Below are positions 8,131 to 18,580 of a DNA stretch of 59,724 bases, one piece after another. The notes beneath the pieces were generated by a model. The model saw only the letters and a program-made list of their open reading frames with translations, did no database searches and was not told where the DNA came from. The DNA is from a virus. Lineage: Duplodnaviria; Caudoviricetes. Both the position numbers and the translations under genes were made by a program. The stretch covers positions 1-59,724 of the IMG/VR virus record IMGVR_UViG_3300014913_000014; one strand, written 5' to 3'. Numbering within the stretch: position 1 is the first letter of the stretch; each line of letters opens with the position of its first letter.

Positions 8131-11100
8131 CTAATCCAAAAAATTCCAATTTGCTGATGAACCACCATTTTCCATTCCAGTACTACCAGACGCAGTTCTG
8201 AAATCCCATACCCAAATAACGAACTGTCCCTGACTTGCCCACTTACTTCCAATTGGTTTAGATGGATAAGGGTCAAGAACACCCATATCACTGCCTAATA
8301 CAGTATAATTTCCAGGAGTAGCTCGTTGAGCTTTCCACATAAAGTGGTAATCATATTGTGTTGGATCATAATAAACGGGTTTATTAGGATCGCCGCCCTC
8401 ATAGTATTGTATAACACCGCTTGCCATTGCTCGATTTTCGTTTGTACAAATACCAAAGCTGGGATGTTGCCTTGTAAAAGGTGCCCAACCGCTTGGAGAT
8501 GCTGGTGGTGGTTTTACATCGGCCCACGTAAATGATGGACCAACATGCCACAGGTGCGTTTCTCCGCCCCATGTTTGTGGATCATCCCCCGCTACTCTAA
8601 TATCCCTAGCAGTAGCAAGCAAAGTATTTTCATAAAATGGTACTTTATAAACACCATGCTTACTTGCACCGCCAGCCTGCCCTCCTATTGGATTAGTATC
8701 CTTTGAAACACTAAAACCTGGATATGTTATCCAATAATGATAAACACCACCATGATCTGGCCAATTACTTCTGGTCCATATCAAATCTGTATTCATCATC
8801 ATAATTTGGCTTGGATTACCAGCCGTGGCGAAATCCTCCAGATCATCATCCCTATCTGGTTGTGATTCTGCTGGAGGCGGATTATGTCCCTCTGCAAAAT
8901 TAAAATTCTTACAAGTAATTTTACTAATTTCTTTGGCATCAAAATCTAATTCCACAACATAAATACCAATATTCACATGTTCTCCCCAATCTCTAGGATG
9001 TTTTTCATCAGGCCATCCCTGGTCCCTACTATCATGGTGCCAGTGTCCATGTTCTCCAACTGAAAATGCAAAATAACCTGTATTACTACTTGTCTTATAA
9101 GTAGTTGTAGCAGAATATGCAGCACCTGCTGGTAAAGGTTGTGGTGCTGTCCATTCACGGGGTACTGGGGATGCCGTACTATCATCAATAGCCTGCCATC
9201 CGAAAAGGCCATCACCATAATATGTTGGTTGATCTTCTGAATAATAGTCATCAACTGGAACACCAATATTTACTGTGTCACGATAAGTAGTCAAACTATT
9301 ATCTGGACTTTCTGTAATATCATCTTCAAAGAATATGGCATCCACAGAAATATACGTACTTGTTGGATAATCATCTCCACCAACCGTGCCTTTATGTCGT
9401 TGTGCATAGACCACAACCCATCTTACTATATCATTATTATTCAACGATGAATAATCTAATAAAGTATAATAATGAGTTGATGGTACGGCAGATGATCCGC
9501 CTTCTGTACAAGTTACTACCTCCCAATCAGGAATATCAGTTTCATCCCATCCCAGATAATCTGTCCAGTAATTTCCAATAGTTCTTGCTATATAGAATTG
9601 ATATGCTGTGTAATGTGTTGTAGTTATTATATAAGCAACTTCTCTATTATTTGGAATCGAGAATAAACAATTTGGTGCATGTAACAAACGAAGTTGATCA
9701 AACGGATTTGTTAGAATAATAACATTTTCAGCATATGCTTTATTTGCTGCCGCAACATTTCCACCAGCGTATCCATCCATATACCAAGTACCACATCTCA
9801 GATATGACCACCCGATTTTTCCAGGTGTCTCTGATACAAATACATAACCAAGATAAAATGTTTCTGCGGCAGATGTATCTGGCGGAGAATAAACTCCTGG
9901 CTCTCCTTCTACAAGTACGGTTACATTTCCACTAATATCACCGACTATGTCATGTGCATGTACATTCCATATAATTGCACCAGATGCTAATGTATTAGAA
10001 AGCATTCTTAATTGTGCCGGGGTCATGCCGTTTCCATTTATCAATGCTGATGGTAAACCAGAGGCCGTTCCAACTGCAATTCCTGTTCCTGGTATATATA
10101 GTTGCATTGAACTCCATGTATATCCAAAATCCGGTGTAAAATATACCCACCATCTTTCCTGTCCCAAAGGAAGTGCCCCACCGCCTCCAGAAACATATCC
10201 AAGAAGATGAAAGCGGTTCATAAATCCTGTTTCTTTTGTTACCTTTGAGAAAGTAATATCAGTTGGAAGAAATTGCCACTCGCCCTCATCATTTGATGGG
10301 TAAGTTTCATCCAAAACTGTAACTCTATTCCATACATCAGCAATTCCAGAGCGTCTGTAAACACCGGATATAGTTACCATCATTAATTGATTGTATGCAT
10401 TTGCAGCAATACTTTGTGCTGGAATGCCTGAAGCTGGTAATCCTTCATTAAACTCTAAGAACGATGTTCCAGCATCGTATGAAACTGCTGCTCCTCCACT
10501 ATCCCCCTCATAAGTAGCATAAACAAAGAACGGTGGTGGTGAAATTGTAATTCTAGGGCACTTCTCTCCAAAAGTAAATGTGGTCTGGGCCCCGCCACCC
10601 TTTGTTACTGAAACACCCTTGCTTGTAATCATTCTATCTGCACGGTACGATATTTCTCCTTGAGAAATATTGATTATAGCGTTATTAGTGATATCCACAC
10701 TTGGATACAAACCTGCACATTCTGCTATAACGATATCATCAAGTGTTCCGGTAATCGACAAAATTCTTGCTGCTACAATATTTGCAAATGTTTGACTTCT
10801 GATTTCAGGACTGGCCAGCACGAATGTCTGATCAGTGGGCAATTCATCCATGGTTGTCCGTGCCACGGCGTTGTATGCATGAGACTGCTGTGTTGTCCAG
10901 TCATAGTCATGTCCGCCCCAAACTTTTACCACATTCCGTGTTGTCTTAGTTCCAAGAGTTTGATCAAAATCAACCAAATTACTAGAATTTATTGTAATTT
11001 TTGGCTCTGCGTCATTTAGTGTATATACAACAATCTTATCTGCATCAGAATCGTAGCGGGTATATACGGCTCCCTTCCTTTCTAGCGTAGCAATGGCCTC

Positions 11101-11571
11101 TGAGGCTCTTTGCATTCCAAGCGGCGTTCCACCATTACCATCTGCACCAGTTGTTGCTATTCCTGGATATGTATCAAACTGTACGTCTAGATTTACAAGT
11201 CCACAAATATATGAAATCCAATAAGCAACGCTTTGTCCTGCTGTTTCCAAGCGAGTGTCAATAAAATAATCTGAAAGAAGAATGTACTTATCCATACCTT
11301 GTACACGCATTTCAGAATTATTTGCATTTACATTTATATTGGTAATATAGCCGCGTAGAACCAAGTCTGATGAAGGATACTTTTCATAAATGGTTACAGG
11401 ATCAGAAACAGTAAATTCTAGTATATCCCCATTTGGTTTCTTTCTAGTGAAGCCTAGTGCAAAACTTGTGCCGGGTTCACAAATAGAATTATTTTTCTGA
11501 TATGATAAAACATAATCAGAAACATCAACTCCATCTATTATAACTTGCAAAAAATCTTCAAAAAGTGCCAT
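8131..11571 (-). CDS. Large tail tip/baseplate hub protein with beta-propeller-like C-terminal region
   Basis: Hub-like N-terminus (VIIDGVDVS..., TRNVVKVWG); Asp-box-like SYDAGTSF and TPDFGYTW. Confidence 0.7.
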   Translation of the reverse strand: MALFEDFLQVIIDGVDVSDYVLSYQKNNSICEPGTSFALGFTRKKPNGDILEFTVSDPVTIYEKYPSSDLVLRGYITNINVNANNSEMRVQGMDKYILLSDYFIDTRLETAGQSVAYWISYICGLVNLDVQFDTYPGIATTGADGNGGTPLGMQRASEAIATLERKGAVYTRYDSDADKIVVYTLNDAEPKITINSSNLVDFDQTLGTKTTRNVVKVWGGHDYDWTTQQSHAYNAVARTTMDELPTDQTFVLASPEIRSQTFANIVAARILSITGTLDDIVIAECAGLYPSVDITNNAIINISQGEISYRADRMITSKGVSVTKGGGAQTTFTFGEKCPRITISPPPFFVYATYEGDSGGAAVSYDAGTSFLEFNEGLPASGIPAQSIAANAYNQLMMVTISGVYRRSGIADVWNRVTVLDETYPSNDEGEWQFLPTDITFSKVTKETGFMNRFHLLGYVSGGGGALPLGQERWWVYFTPDFGYTWSSMQLYIPGTGIAVGTASGLPSALINGNGMTPAQLRMLSNTLASGAIIWNVHAHDIVGDISGNVTVLVEGEPGVYSPPDTSAAETFYLGYVFVSETPGKIGWSYLRCGTWYMDGYAGGNVAAANKAYAENVIILTNPFDQLRLLHAPNCLFSIPNNREVAYIITTTHYTAYQFYIARTIGNYWTDYLGWDETDIPDWEVVTCTEGGSSAVPSTHYYTLLDYSSLNNNDIVRWVVVYAQRHKGTVGGDDYPTSTYISVDAIFFEDDITESPDNSLTTYRDTVNIGVPVDDYYSEDQPTYYGDGLFGWQAIDDSTASPVPREWTAPQPLPAGAAYSATTTYKTSSNTGYFAFSVGEHGHWHHDSRDQGWPDEKHPRDWGEHVNIGIYVVELDFDAKEISKITCKNFNFAEGHNPPPAESQPDRDDDLEDFATAGNPSQIMMMNTDLIWTRSNWPDHGGVYHYWITYPGFSVSKDTNPIGGQAGGASKHGVYKVPFYENTLLATARDIRVAGDDPQTWGGETHLWHVGPSFTWADVKPPPASPSGWAPFTRQHPSFGICTNENRAMASGVIQYYEGGDPNKPVYYDPTQYDYHFMWKAQRATPGNYTVLGSDMGVLDPYPSKPIGSKWASQGQFVIWVWDFRTASGSTGMENGGSSANWNFLD

Positions 11572-11579
11572 CGCCGTCC

Positions 11580-12593
11580 CTATTTAGTCAAAACCATATT
11601 AGTAGTAAATCCTCTCTGCCCAAACTGATGTTGTACCTGGTAGATAAACCAATCATCAGTTGTACCTCCACCAACTCCACTTGTAAACTCGCTCATTGTA
11701 AGTTCAGCAATTTCTCTACAGGTAACATTTGGATTACCTTCAATTGTCAAATTTACTGTTTCCGTCAATCTATTATAAAGTGCTAAGTTATAATCCGCTG
11801 TAGTTTGTGCTTGTGCCTGTGTTTGAATCAATGGGTGCCCAATAACGGCGGTCTTATAGTAATCTGCTGCATATAAGTCTGATCTAGATGCACTTGCCGT
11901 AGCAGTAATACCAGCACGTCCATATACAACCACTCTATTTCTGGTTTCCTCTGTTGATACAGTATAATCTAAAGAGATAACATTCGTACCCGCCTCTTCG
12001 TCCCATGAATAATTAGCAGAATCTCCTCCCATAACATATGGTTTTCTATCCACAAACCAAATCTTACCGTTTCTGTCAGCATAAATGTGCCATGCCAAAA
12101 GCTGTGCTAATTCATTTGCTCCTTGCCATGCAGATACAAGATTTACTTCCGCAGGGAGGTCTGTAGCCCAGTAATAAGTAAGTGGTACGTCTGCTTCAAA
12201 ATTGAAATTGCCTGTATCATTATACCAAGCCTGTTTTAGTACATTTTCAACATAATATTCCGATGTAACATTAGAAAATGTTAATGGATTTTCTGGATCA
12301 TCAGCTGCAATAAAAAAATTTGTCGCTCTTGCTAATACATCTTCACAAACAATTGAAATAAGATGTTTTGGAATATTTCTATTTATTTGTGATACATATC
12401 CTTGAAAAACTTTTGTATTTGATCCATCATATCCAATGTTTATAGTAATAGCATCTCCTAAACCCAAAGTTGTATCAGCAACTTCCAAAACAGCTGAGGC
12501 CACTGGAGAATTATATTGTTCTCTAATAGTAAGATTATCCAAATCTCCTGCGGATACACCAGTAATACTGTAAGTAAGCTGCTTTGTTGCCAT
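11580..12593 (-). CDS. Baseplate hub/tail tip protein
   Basis: KVFQGYV, IYADRNGKIWF and ETRNRVVVYG hub-like pattern; follows TMP and Dit. Confidence 0.7.
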   Translation of the reverse strand: MATKQLTYSITGVSAGDLDNLTIREQYNSPVASAVLEVADTTLGLGDAITINIGYDGSNTKVFQGYVSQINRNIPKHLISIVCEDVLARATNFFIAADDPENPLTFSNVTSEYYVENVLKQAWYNDTGNFNFEADVPLTYYWATDLPAEVNLVSAWQGANELAQLLAWHIYADRNGKIWFVDRKPYVMGGDSANYSWDEEAGTNVISLDYTVSTEETRNRVVVYGRAGITATASASRSDLYAADYYKTAVIGHPLIQTQAQAQTTADYNLALYNRLTETVNLTIEGNPNVTCREIAELTMSEFTSGVGGGTTDDWFIYQVQHQFGQRGFTTNMVLTK

Positions 12594-12958
12594 TATACTA
12601 CCTTAGCTGTAACAGTTACTCTATAAACGGGTGCCTCGGCATCCTGTGAGGTATCAATTTTTTGTGTCAAAGTGGGCTGCCTAACGGATTGAATTTCCAG
12701 GACTTGAATAGAAAATCCGCTGGGAAGCAAGTCGCTTATGAGAGTAACTTCATTTCCCCAAGTAGCACGAATATTAGATTCATATGTTTCTCCAACAACA
12801 GTGCCGGCAAATTGTATTTCGTCATCTGCCACAAATATTTTATGGTATATAGATGCAGTACTGTTGATAGGATTTAATTCAACAATCTCGCCTTTTGGAT
12901 TTTGTTGAAACGTGTCAACATATATATCTTGTCCATCAAGTTTCCAAATAGATGCCAT
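12593..12958 (-). CDS. Putative distal tail protein (Dit-like)
   Basis: Size and position immediately after tape measure. Confidence 0.55.
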   Translation of the reverse strand: MASIWKLDGQDIYVDTFQQNPKGEIVELNPINSTASIYHKIFVADDEIQFAGTVVGETYESNIRATWGNEVTLISDLLPSGFSIQVLEIQSVRQPTLTQKIDTSQDAEAPVYRVTVTAKVV

Positions 12959-12966
12959 ATTTACCT

Positions 12967-15900
12967 CTAATGTCCAAGTACATAATCGCCGCTACCAGTT
13001 CCAGAAACTTTATCTGCGGCTGATACAAGGTCTTCAAATAGATATTGTTTTACGATATTAGCAAGTGTTCTACCGTCTACGACCAAACGAATATTAGCAT
13101 TCAACTCGATCTTATTTTGAATTGTCAATGCCTCTCTCAGTTGATCCAATGTATTTACATCACCCGTCGGTGTCAAGCCAAGGCCACCACTTAATTGAGC
13201 CATAGCAATTTGTTCAAGTAATGCTGTTTTTTGTAATTCCGCCTGCTGTAATTCGTCTTGTGTTGCAAGATATTCATGCATTCCAAGTGCTTCTGGTCCC
13301 ATTTCCAACAGTTGTTTATAACCAGCAATGGCCTCATTCAATTCTAATAAACTTGCCTCTAATAATGCAAGTGTATTAGTTTCTTCTATTGCAACAGCTT
13401 TGTCTTTTCTTTCTTCTGTGAAAACGTTTTCAAAAGCAGATGTAGTGGTTCCTGCTACAATTTCTCTTGAGAACAACGAACTCCATGCAACCATGGCAGT
13501 CATTCCTGCTGGTATATTCCAAACGCCCTCTAATTGTTGTTCGTTTATATCAATTAAATCCTGCATAGCAAGGTTCAAAAGTGTTAAATCTGCATGAACG
13601 GTTGTTAGGCCATCTTTTGTAATAAGACCGAGATCAGATTCTTCTACCTCATATTGTGGAAAATAAGTTTGAAATGTTCCAACTACTTTACTGTATCTTT
13701 CCATTAACTCTGGAATCTGTCCCATAGTTAGAGAATCTCTTAGGTCTTGAAATTGAAATTGAATATTCTTTAGTAAATCATCAAATCCCAGTGCCTCCAT
13801 CGCCTCGGTCATAAATTGGGCGCCAACAGCAAAGCGCTCGCCGAAGCGTCGCCCAAATCCCTCTCCATAACGCAATAGAATTGGTTCAACTTGCTCTTCC
13901 ATCAAATCCGCAAGTTCTTCATTTCCATCTGCTATGGCTAGGAAGTACTCTCTTTGAAATTGCTTCGCAAGATTTGCTGCCATTTCTGCTTGTTGCGGTG
14001 TCGCTCTTCCAACATCAAATACTTGAAGTCTTGGTACTTGTGCTAATTGCTGCTGTTGCTGAATGGCCGGAATCATTTCTTTATAAAATTGAAGTTTTTT
14101 ATTATAATCTTCTTGTAATTCTGCAGCACGTTGAGTATAATAGCCATTCAGGTTAATCTCTTCCTTATATGCCGCCAATGCTTTAATGACATCATATGAT
14201 ACTGTTACTACATAATCACGTGTGGCATTATCCAATTCCATTATAAAACGAGAAAATTCTTGAATATCCAAACTTAGGCCAGCAAAATCTGCAGCTGTTG
14301 TTAATGTGGCTAGCTGGGTTGCAAGTTGATTAATATTCATTGTCTGGGGTATCTTAATAAACTCTGTAAGAGAGATGTCGCCCAAAACCAATTTTCTTTG
14401 CATATCCTGTATAAAATCATCGAAAACGGGACCCACGGTACCCTTTAAGTTTTCAATGACCTCTGTCATAGAGTCTTCTAGACCAACACCCTCCAATTTT
14501 AGATCAACAAGCTGCCGATTAAGCTCATCCATCACTTGCTCAGCTAAATCTTCTGGAACTAACCAACGCAAAAGTGGATTATCCCCAAGTCCAACATCAA
14601 TTCCTGCTCGTTGCATCGCCAACCCAGTCAAAAATGCCCGCGGGTCTACTTCTTCTTGTCCTCGTCTGCTAAGCACACCGGTTCCAAATAATCCGCCCTG
14701 ACCAGTAGCACTCAGCCACTGGAATCCTTCAACAAGCATTGATGATACTCCCGCTATCAATCTTGCACCAAAACCGAACGAATCCTCAATAGCTTTTCCC
14801 GCCTCTTCACCAGATTCGGCCTCCTCCTCTCCTTTTCTAACTATTTCTGCCCACCAAGCAGCCAGATCATCATCAAATTGAATTAATCCTTGATAAAACG
14901 AAGATGCCATTGCCGAACCTGCAGCAATTCCTAGTGGATTTCCAGCTGTTACAATACCGCCGACAATAGCACCAACAATAGATGTTGCCGCTCTACCAAA
15001 TTCTAGTGGTTCTTCTTCAGTGATTCCAGTTCGTATTGCACTTCCGGCAATAAGTGCTGGTGCAATTAAACTTAGAGGATCAAGTCCCCCTAATCTTGCA
15101 CCAAGACCCGTTCGTAATGACTGAAAAGCCCCGCCAACTGTATAGGCTCCGGCAATTCCTGGCCCGCCCGTAACGCCTGCAAGCCTTGCAGATAGAAGCT
15201 GCTGCTCTGTTAGAGGGACACCAAATCTCATTGCAGCGCCGGTCATAAATCCAGGTGCCGGAGCACCAATAAGTCCTTTGAAGATATCCTGTCCTCTATT
15301 TGATGCAAGAACGGCCCACGCTGCTCCAAATGCTAAAACCGCTGGTGTAGCTTTACCCAACCCTCCAACTAGCTCAGTTATAACATTTAGAAATCCAGTC
15401 ATCGCATCAACTATAGTAGTTATTACATTTAAGAAACCGCCCTCTTCTCCAAGAGTTTGAGCAAACTTTGTAAATGCATTTCCTAAACGTGTAATAGCTG
15501 ATTCAAGCGTTGCCATTTTGATTTCTAGAGCTTCTGTTGCTGCGCCGCCAGCCTGTGCTTGTTCAGCAGTTAATTGTAATACTCTTTGATTATTCTTGAA
15601 CAAAGTCTCTACTTGTGCTGCTCTACGATATCCACCACCAACTGCTTGAGCAATTTCGGAAATATCACGGTCTGATAGAACACCGCTCTGTGTAAGCTTT
15701 GCTAATTCTAAGTATAAGTCCATGAAGTCGCGTAATTGGCCGGTTGCATCTCTTGTAGCCAGACCAAATCTTGCGAGAGTTTGTTCCGCTGTTGCTGATT
15801 GAAAACCTGAAATAATACCACGGATAGCATTACCTGTTTCTGTTGCTGATAATCCTGTTGCTTCTGCTAATGTTGCTGCAAGAGCATTCAACTCTTCCAT

Positions 15901-17460
15901 CTCAATGCCAACGCCTTGAGCAGTAGAACCAACAATTGAATAAGTTTGTGCTAGCGTATCTAGTGAAACATTTGCTTGCCTTGATACAAAAACCCACTTA
16001 TCTAATAGATCACGGCCTTGATCTAGCTCCATTCCAACTTGTCTTAAAGCGCCGGTCAGCGTATCCAAAGCAGTTGCTTGATCAACGCCCGCCAATTTAG
16101 ACAAAATCATTGATTCCTGAAGTAGATTATTTGTTACTGCTAATCGTTCTGCTTCGTTTGTATAAGAACCTGTGGCTCTATAAGCAAGTGCATAGGCTTC
16201 TACAACTCCGCCTACGCTGGAACTTGTTAGATTGGCAATGTTTAGTGCTTCTTCAAATACAGTATTTAAATTGCCCTGGCTTGCTCCCAAAGCAACTTGT
16301 ACATCAGCAAGTTGGCGCTGAATTTGAATGATCTCTTTGAACACTTGATTTAATTGTCTAATTATACCATATACAACACCAGTGGCAGCGGCCCACTGAG
16401 TTACTTTGATAATATTGGTACCAACAGCATCTGCAAAACCTCTAAATCTTCTGCTGGTATCTCGCAGCACATTTCCAAAACGGTCCATATGAACAGTACC
16501 ACGTACTACTGCTCCGCTGGATTCCGTCATGCTAACAGACATGCTAGTTATACCATTTGACAATTCTCTTGTAGCTCTAATACTATTTACTTGAGTAACG
16601 CCTAAAGATTCTAGTCGAGTCTGAAGATTCTTTATTCCTGTTTCACCCCCAGGAATAAATGCCTCATATGGAGCAAGTGCCTCTCTTAGTGGAACGGGTT
16701 CTGGAATTTGTACCTGCCGCCCTTTTGCAGCAAGGTCTTCTCGTTGCTGCTGTAGAGAGCGTTCGAGAGCCAGTTGACGCAATTGTTGAAGTTTTCCTTC
16801 CGGCGTTTGAGCAAATGCGGCTTCTTCACGAATTCGAGCGAGTTCTCTTTCGGCCTCAACTTCAGCTTTTATTTGATTAACTAATTCACGAAATGCATCT
16901 CTCTGTGCTTGTACTTCAAGGGTTGCCTGCCGCTCATTAACAGCAATTTGAAGCACTCGGCGCTGCATTTCGTCAGCAAGGCGTAATGCTGTGGCCCTGG
17001 CTCCAATTTCATCCCGAATTTGATCTGCTGTCATTCTTCCGGCTTGTTCTGGAGTAATTGTCATCGCCGCCTTTCTGTAATATTCTTCTTGAATATTCCG
17101 CTGGCGACGAAATTCCATCATGCCGGCCATACGTTCGGCTGGCGGCAATCCTGCTAATTTTTGAAGTTGTCGCTGTGCCGCACCAAATTTATCATATTCT
17201 CTTGTCAGCTCAAATAGTGTATTTCTTAATCTATTAATATATGACTCAGATGCACCAACATTTGCCAAAGCTCCTGCTACCTGATTGATAACAGTAGCAA
17301 CCTTTGACAACTTTGGTGCAAATTGACCACTAATGCCGCCAATAGCCTCAAGAACCTGAGTAAAACGTTTTAGTTGATCTTCAGTAATATTAGAGGCTTC
17401 GGCTATTTTATTTAGTTCTGTAACAAGAACTTTTATACGTTGTTCTATGTCTCCGGCCAT
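12967..17460 (-). CDS. Tape measure protein (1497 aa)
   Basis: Ala/Gly-rich helical protein with TMP core (ATGLSATETGNAIRG..GQLRDFMD) and transmembrane-like segments; follows the chaperones. Confidence 0.92.
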   Translation of the reverse strand: MAGDIEQRIKVLVTELNKIAEASNITEDQLKRFTQVLEAIGGISGQFAPKLSKVATVINQVAGALANVGASESYINRLRNTLFELTREYDKFGAAQRQLQKLAGLPPAERMAGMMEFRRQRNIQEEYYRKAAMTITPEQAGRMTADQIRDEIGARATALRLADEMQRRVLQIAVNERQATLEVQAQRDAFRELVNQIKAEVEAERELARIREEAAFAQTPEGKLQQLRQLALERSLQQQREDLAAKGRQVQIPEPVPLREALAPYEAFIPGGETGIKNLQTRLESLGVTQVNSIRATRELSNGITSMSVSMTESSGAVVRGTVHMDRFGNVLRDTSRRFRGFADAVGTNIIKVTQWAAATGVVYGIIRQLNQVFKEIIQIQRQLADVQVALGASQGNLNTVFEEALNIANLTSSSVGGVVEAYALAYRATGSYTNEAERLAVTNNLLQESMILSKLAGVDQATALDTLTGALRQVGMELDQGRDLLDKWVFVSRQANVSLDTLAQTYSIVGSTAQGVGIEMEELNALAATLAEATGLSATETGNAIRGIISGFQSATAEQTLARFGLATRDATGQLRDFMDLYLELAKLTQSGVLSDRDISEIAQAVGGGYRRAAQVETLFKNNQRVLQLTAEQAQAGGAATEALEIKMATLESAITRLGNAFTKFAQTLGEEGGFLNVITTIVDAMTGFLNVITELVGGLGKATPAVLAFGAAWAVLASNRGQDIFKGLIGAPAPGFMTGAAMRFGVPLTEQQLLSARLAGVTGGPGIAGAYTVGGAFQSLRTGLGARLGGLDPLSLIAPALIAGSAIRTGITEEEPLEFGRAATSIVGAIVGGIVTAGNPLGIAAGSAMASSFYQGLIQFDDDLAAWWAEIVRKGEEEAESGEEAGKAIEDSFGFGARLIAGVSSMLVEGFQWLSATGQGGLFGTGVLSRRGQEEVDPRAFLTGLAMQRAGIDVGLGDNPLLRWLVPEDLAEQVMDELNRQLVDLKLEGVGLEDSMTEVIENLKGTVGPVFDDFIQDMQRKLVLGDISLTEFIKIPQTMNINQLATQLATLTTAADFAGLSLDIQEFSRFIMELDNATRDYVVTVSYDVIKALAAYKEEINLNGYYTQRAAELQEDYNKKLQFYKEMIPAIQQQQQLAQVPRLQVFDVGRATPQQAEMAANLAKQFQREYFLAIADGNEELADLMEEQVEPILLRYGEGFGRRFGERFAVGAQFMTEAMEALGFDDLLKNIQFQFQDLRDSLTMGQIPELMERYSKVVGTFQTYFPQYEVEESDLGLITKDGLTTVHADLTLLNLAMQDLIDINEQQLEGVWNIPAGMTAMVAWSSLFSREIVAGTTTSAFENVFTEERKDKAVAIEETNTLALLEASLLELNEAIAGYKQLLEMGPEALGMHEYLATQDELQQAELQKTALLEQIAMAQLSGGLGLTPTGDVNTLDQLREALTIQNKIELNANIRLVVDGRTLANIVKQYLFEDLVSAADKVSGTGSGDYVLGH

Positions 17461-17768
17461 TATTCAATCTCTTTGGGGTCTATAGTAAATACGAATTCAT
17501 CATCTTCTTTTGTTCCTTTCCTTTTGAATACTTTATCAAACCATTTATCAATATCGTCGGCAGTGCCATACCAAATAAGCTTATCCGGCGGTCGCTTCTC
17601 TTTCGGAAGTTCCGCATAAGAATCAAGCTCTAAACGCTTTCTTATTACATAGCTGATTGTCCACGGCATTTCGTCTGCCGCCGTCGGTAAGCCGTCGTGC
17701 AACGGTAGATTAGTAGCTTTTGCTACTGACCAGATGGCTGCGAGTCCGTTGCACCTTGCAATTTTTTT
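17460..17768 (-). CDS. Tail assembly chaperone, -1 frameshift extension (gpGT-like)
   Basis: The -1 frame is open from the slippery site at 17762-17768 into ORF 17460..17702. Confidence 0.8.
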   Translation of the reverse strand, partial: KKIARCNGLAAIWSVAKATNLPLHDGLPTAADEMPWTISYVIRKRLELDSYAELPKEKRPPDKLIWYGTADDIDKWFDKVFKRKGTKEDDEFVFTIDPKEIE

Positions 17769-18484
17769 AGCTCATCCATTCCAAACTCAAGAAGTCTGTA
17801 TTCGTCAATCAAACGTTCTTTCAGTTGAGGAGCAATATTATCAAATTCTTCAAAGCTTTTGAAGGCGGGTTTCTTATAATTTGGGTCAGAGTATAAGGAT
17901 TTATATACGCACATCTGATAATAGTTGTTAGCCATTTCACTTGAACATAGCTGTTCAATAACTAGAGATTCATACATATTATATAATTCTTTTTCATCAA
18001 GTTTCTCTAATCTTTTTCTTTCTGATTTACGAATTTTATTCATTTCTTTTTCAATGGCTTTAGAATATTTTTGTGAATAATTGTCAACATCTTCTTGATA
18101 TTTCTCTAGGGCTTCTAGGGAAGCATCCCCTTTTGGCGGTGTTGGTTCTGGAACATCAATATTATTGATTGCTTGTTTTTGGATGTCCCCAATTCCAAGA
18201 AGAATGATTGCTCCAATAAGAGTATCTTTATCTTGAAATTCTGGAATCTCATTAACGAAAGCCTCTCTCATATCAGAACCGGGCGTTCTTAACTCTCTTC
18301 GCAGTCGTCCAGATTTTCTAAGTCCAAATACTCTTGCTTGTGCTAAATCAGCGTCACCGATTAATCGCATATAAAATGTTGCTGAATTACCGGTAAGATA
18401 GTCCGTTACCTTAACCTCTTTCTTATATTTGAATAGTTGAGTAATATCAACATCATTCCGTTCTGCACTTCTTTTTGTACTCAT
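17723..18484 (-). CDS. Tail assembly chaperone (gpG-like); likely start ATG 18484
   Basis: Between tail tube and TMP; SD GGAG before 18484. Confidence 0.8.
   Translation of the reverse strand: MSTKRSAERNDVDITQLFKYKKEVKVTDYLTGNSATFYMRLIGDADLAQARVFGLRKSGRLRRELRTPGSDMREAFVNEIPEFQDKDTLIGAIILLGIGDIQKQAINNIDVPEPTPPKGDASLEALEKYQEDVDNYSQKYSKAIEKEMNKIRKSERKRLEKLDEKELYNMYESLVIEQLCSSEMANNYYQMCVYKSLYSDPNYKKPAFKSFEEFDNIAPQLKERLIDEYRLLEFGMDELKKLQGATDSQPSGQ
17762..17768 (-). other. Programmed -1 frameshift slippery heptamer A AAA AAA
   Basis: CTA AAA AAA TTG near the end of the gpG-like ORF; the shift gives KKIARCNGLAAIWSVAKATNLPLHDG... Confidence 0.8.
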
Positions 18485-18500
18485 CTTTTCTCCATAATTG

Positions 18501-18549
18501 AAAGGGACTACATTCAATATCATTAAAATATTGAGTATGTAGCCCCTTT
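18501..18549 (-). terminator. Long hairpin after the tail tube gene (terminator/attenuator)
   Basis: AAAGGG-CTACAT-TCAATAT / ATATTGA-ATGTAG-CCCTTT. Confidence 0.55.
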
Positions 18550-18580
18550 GTTAGTTATCCTTTTGGCTAATTTAATTTAG

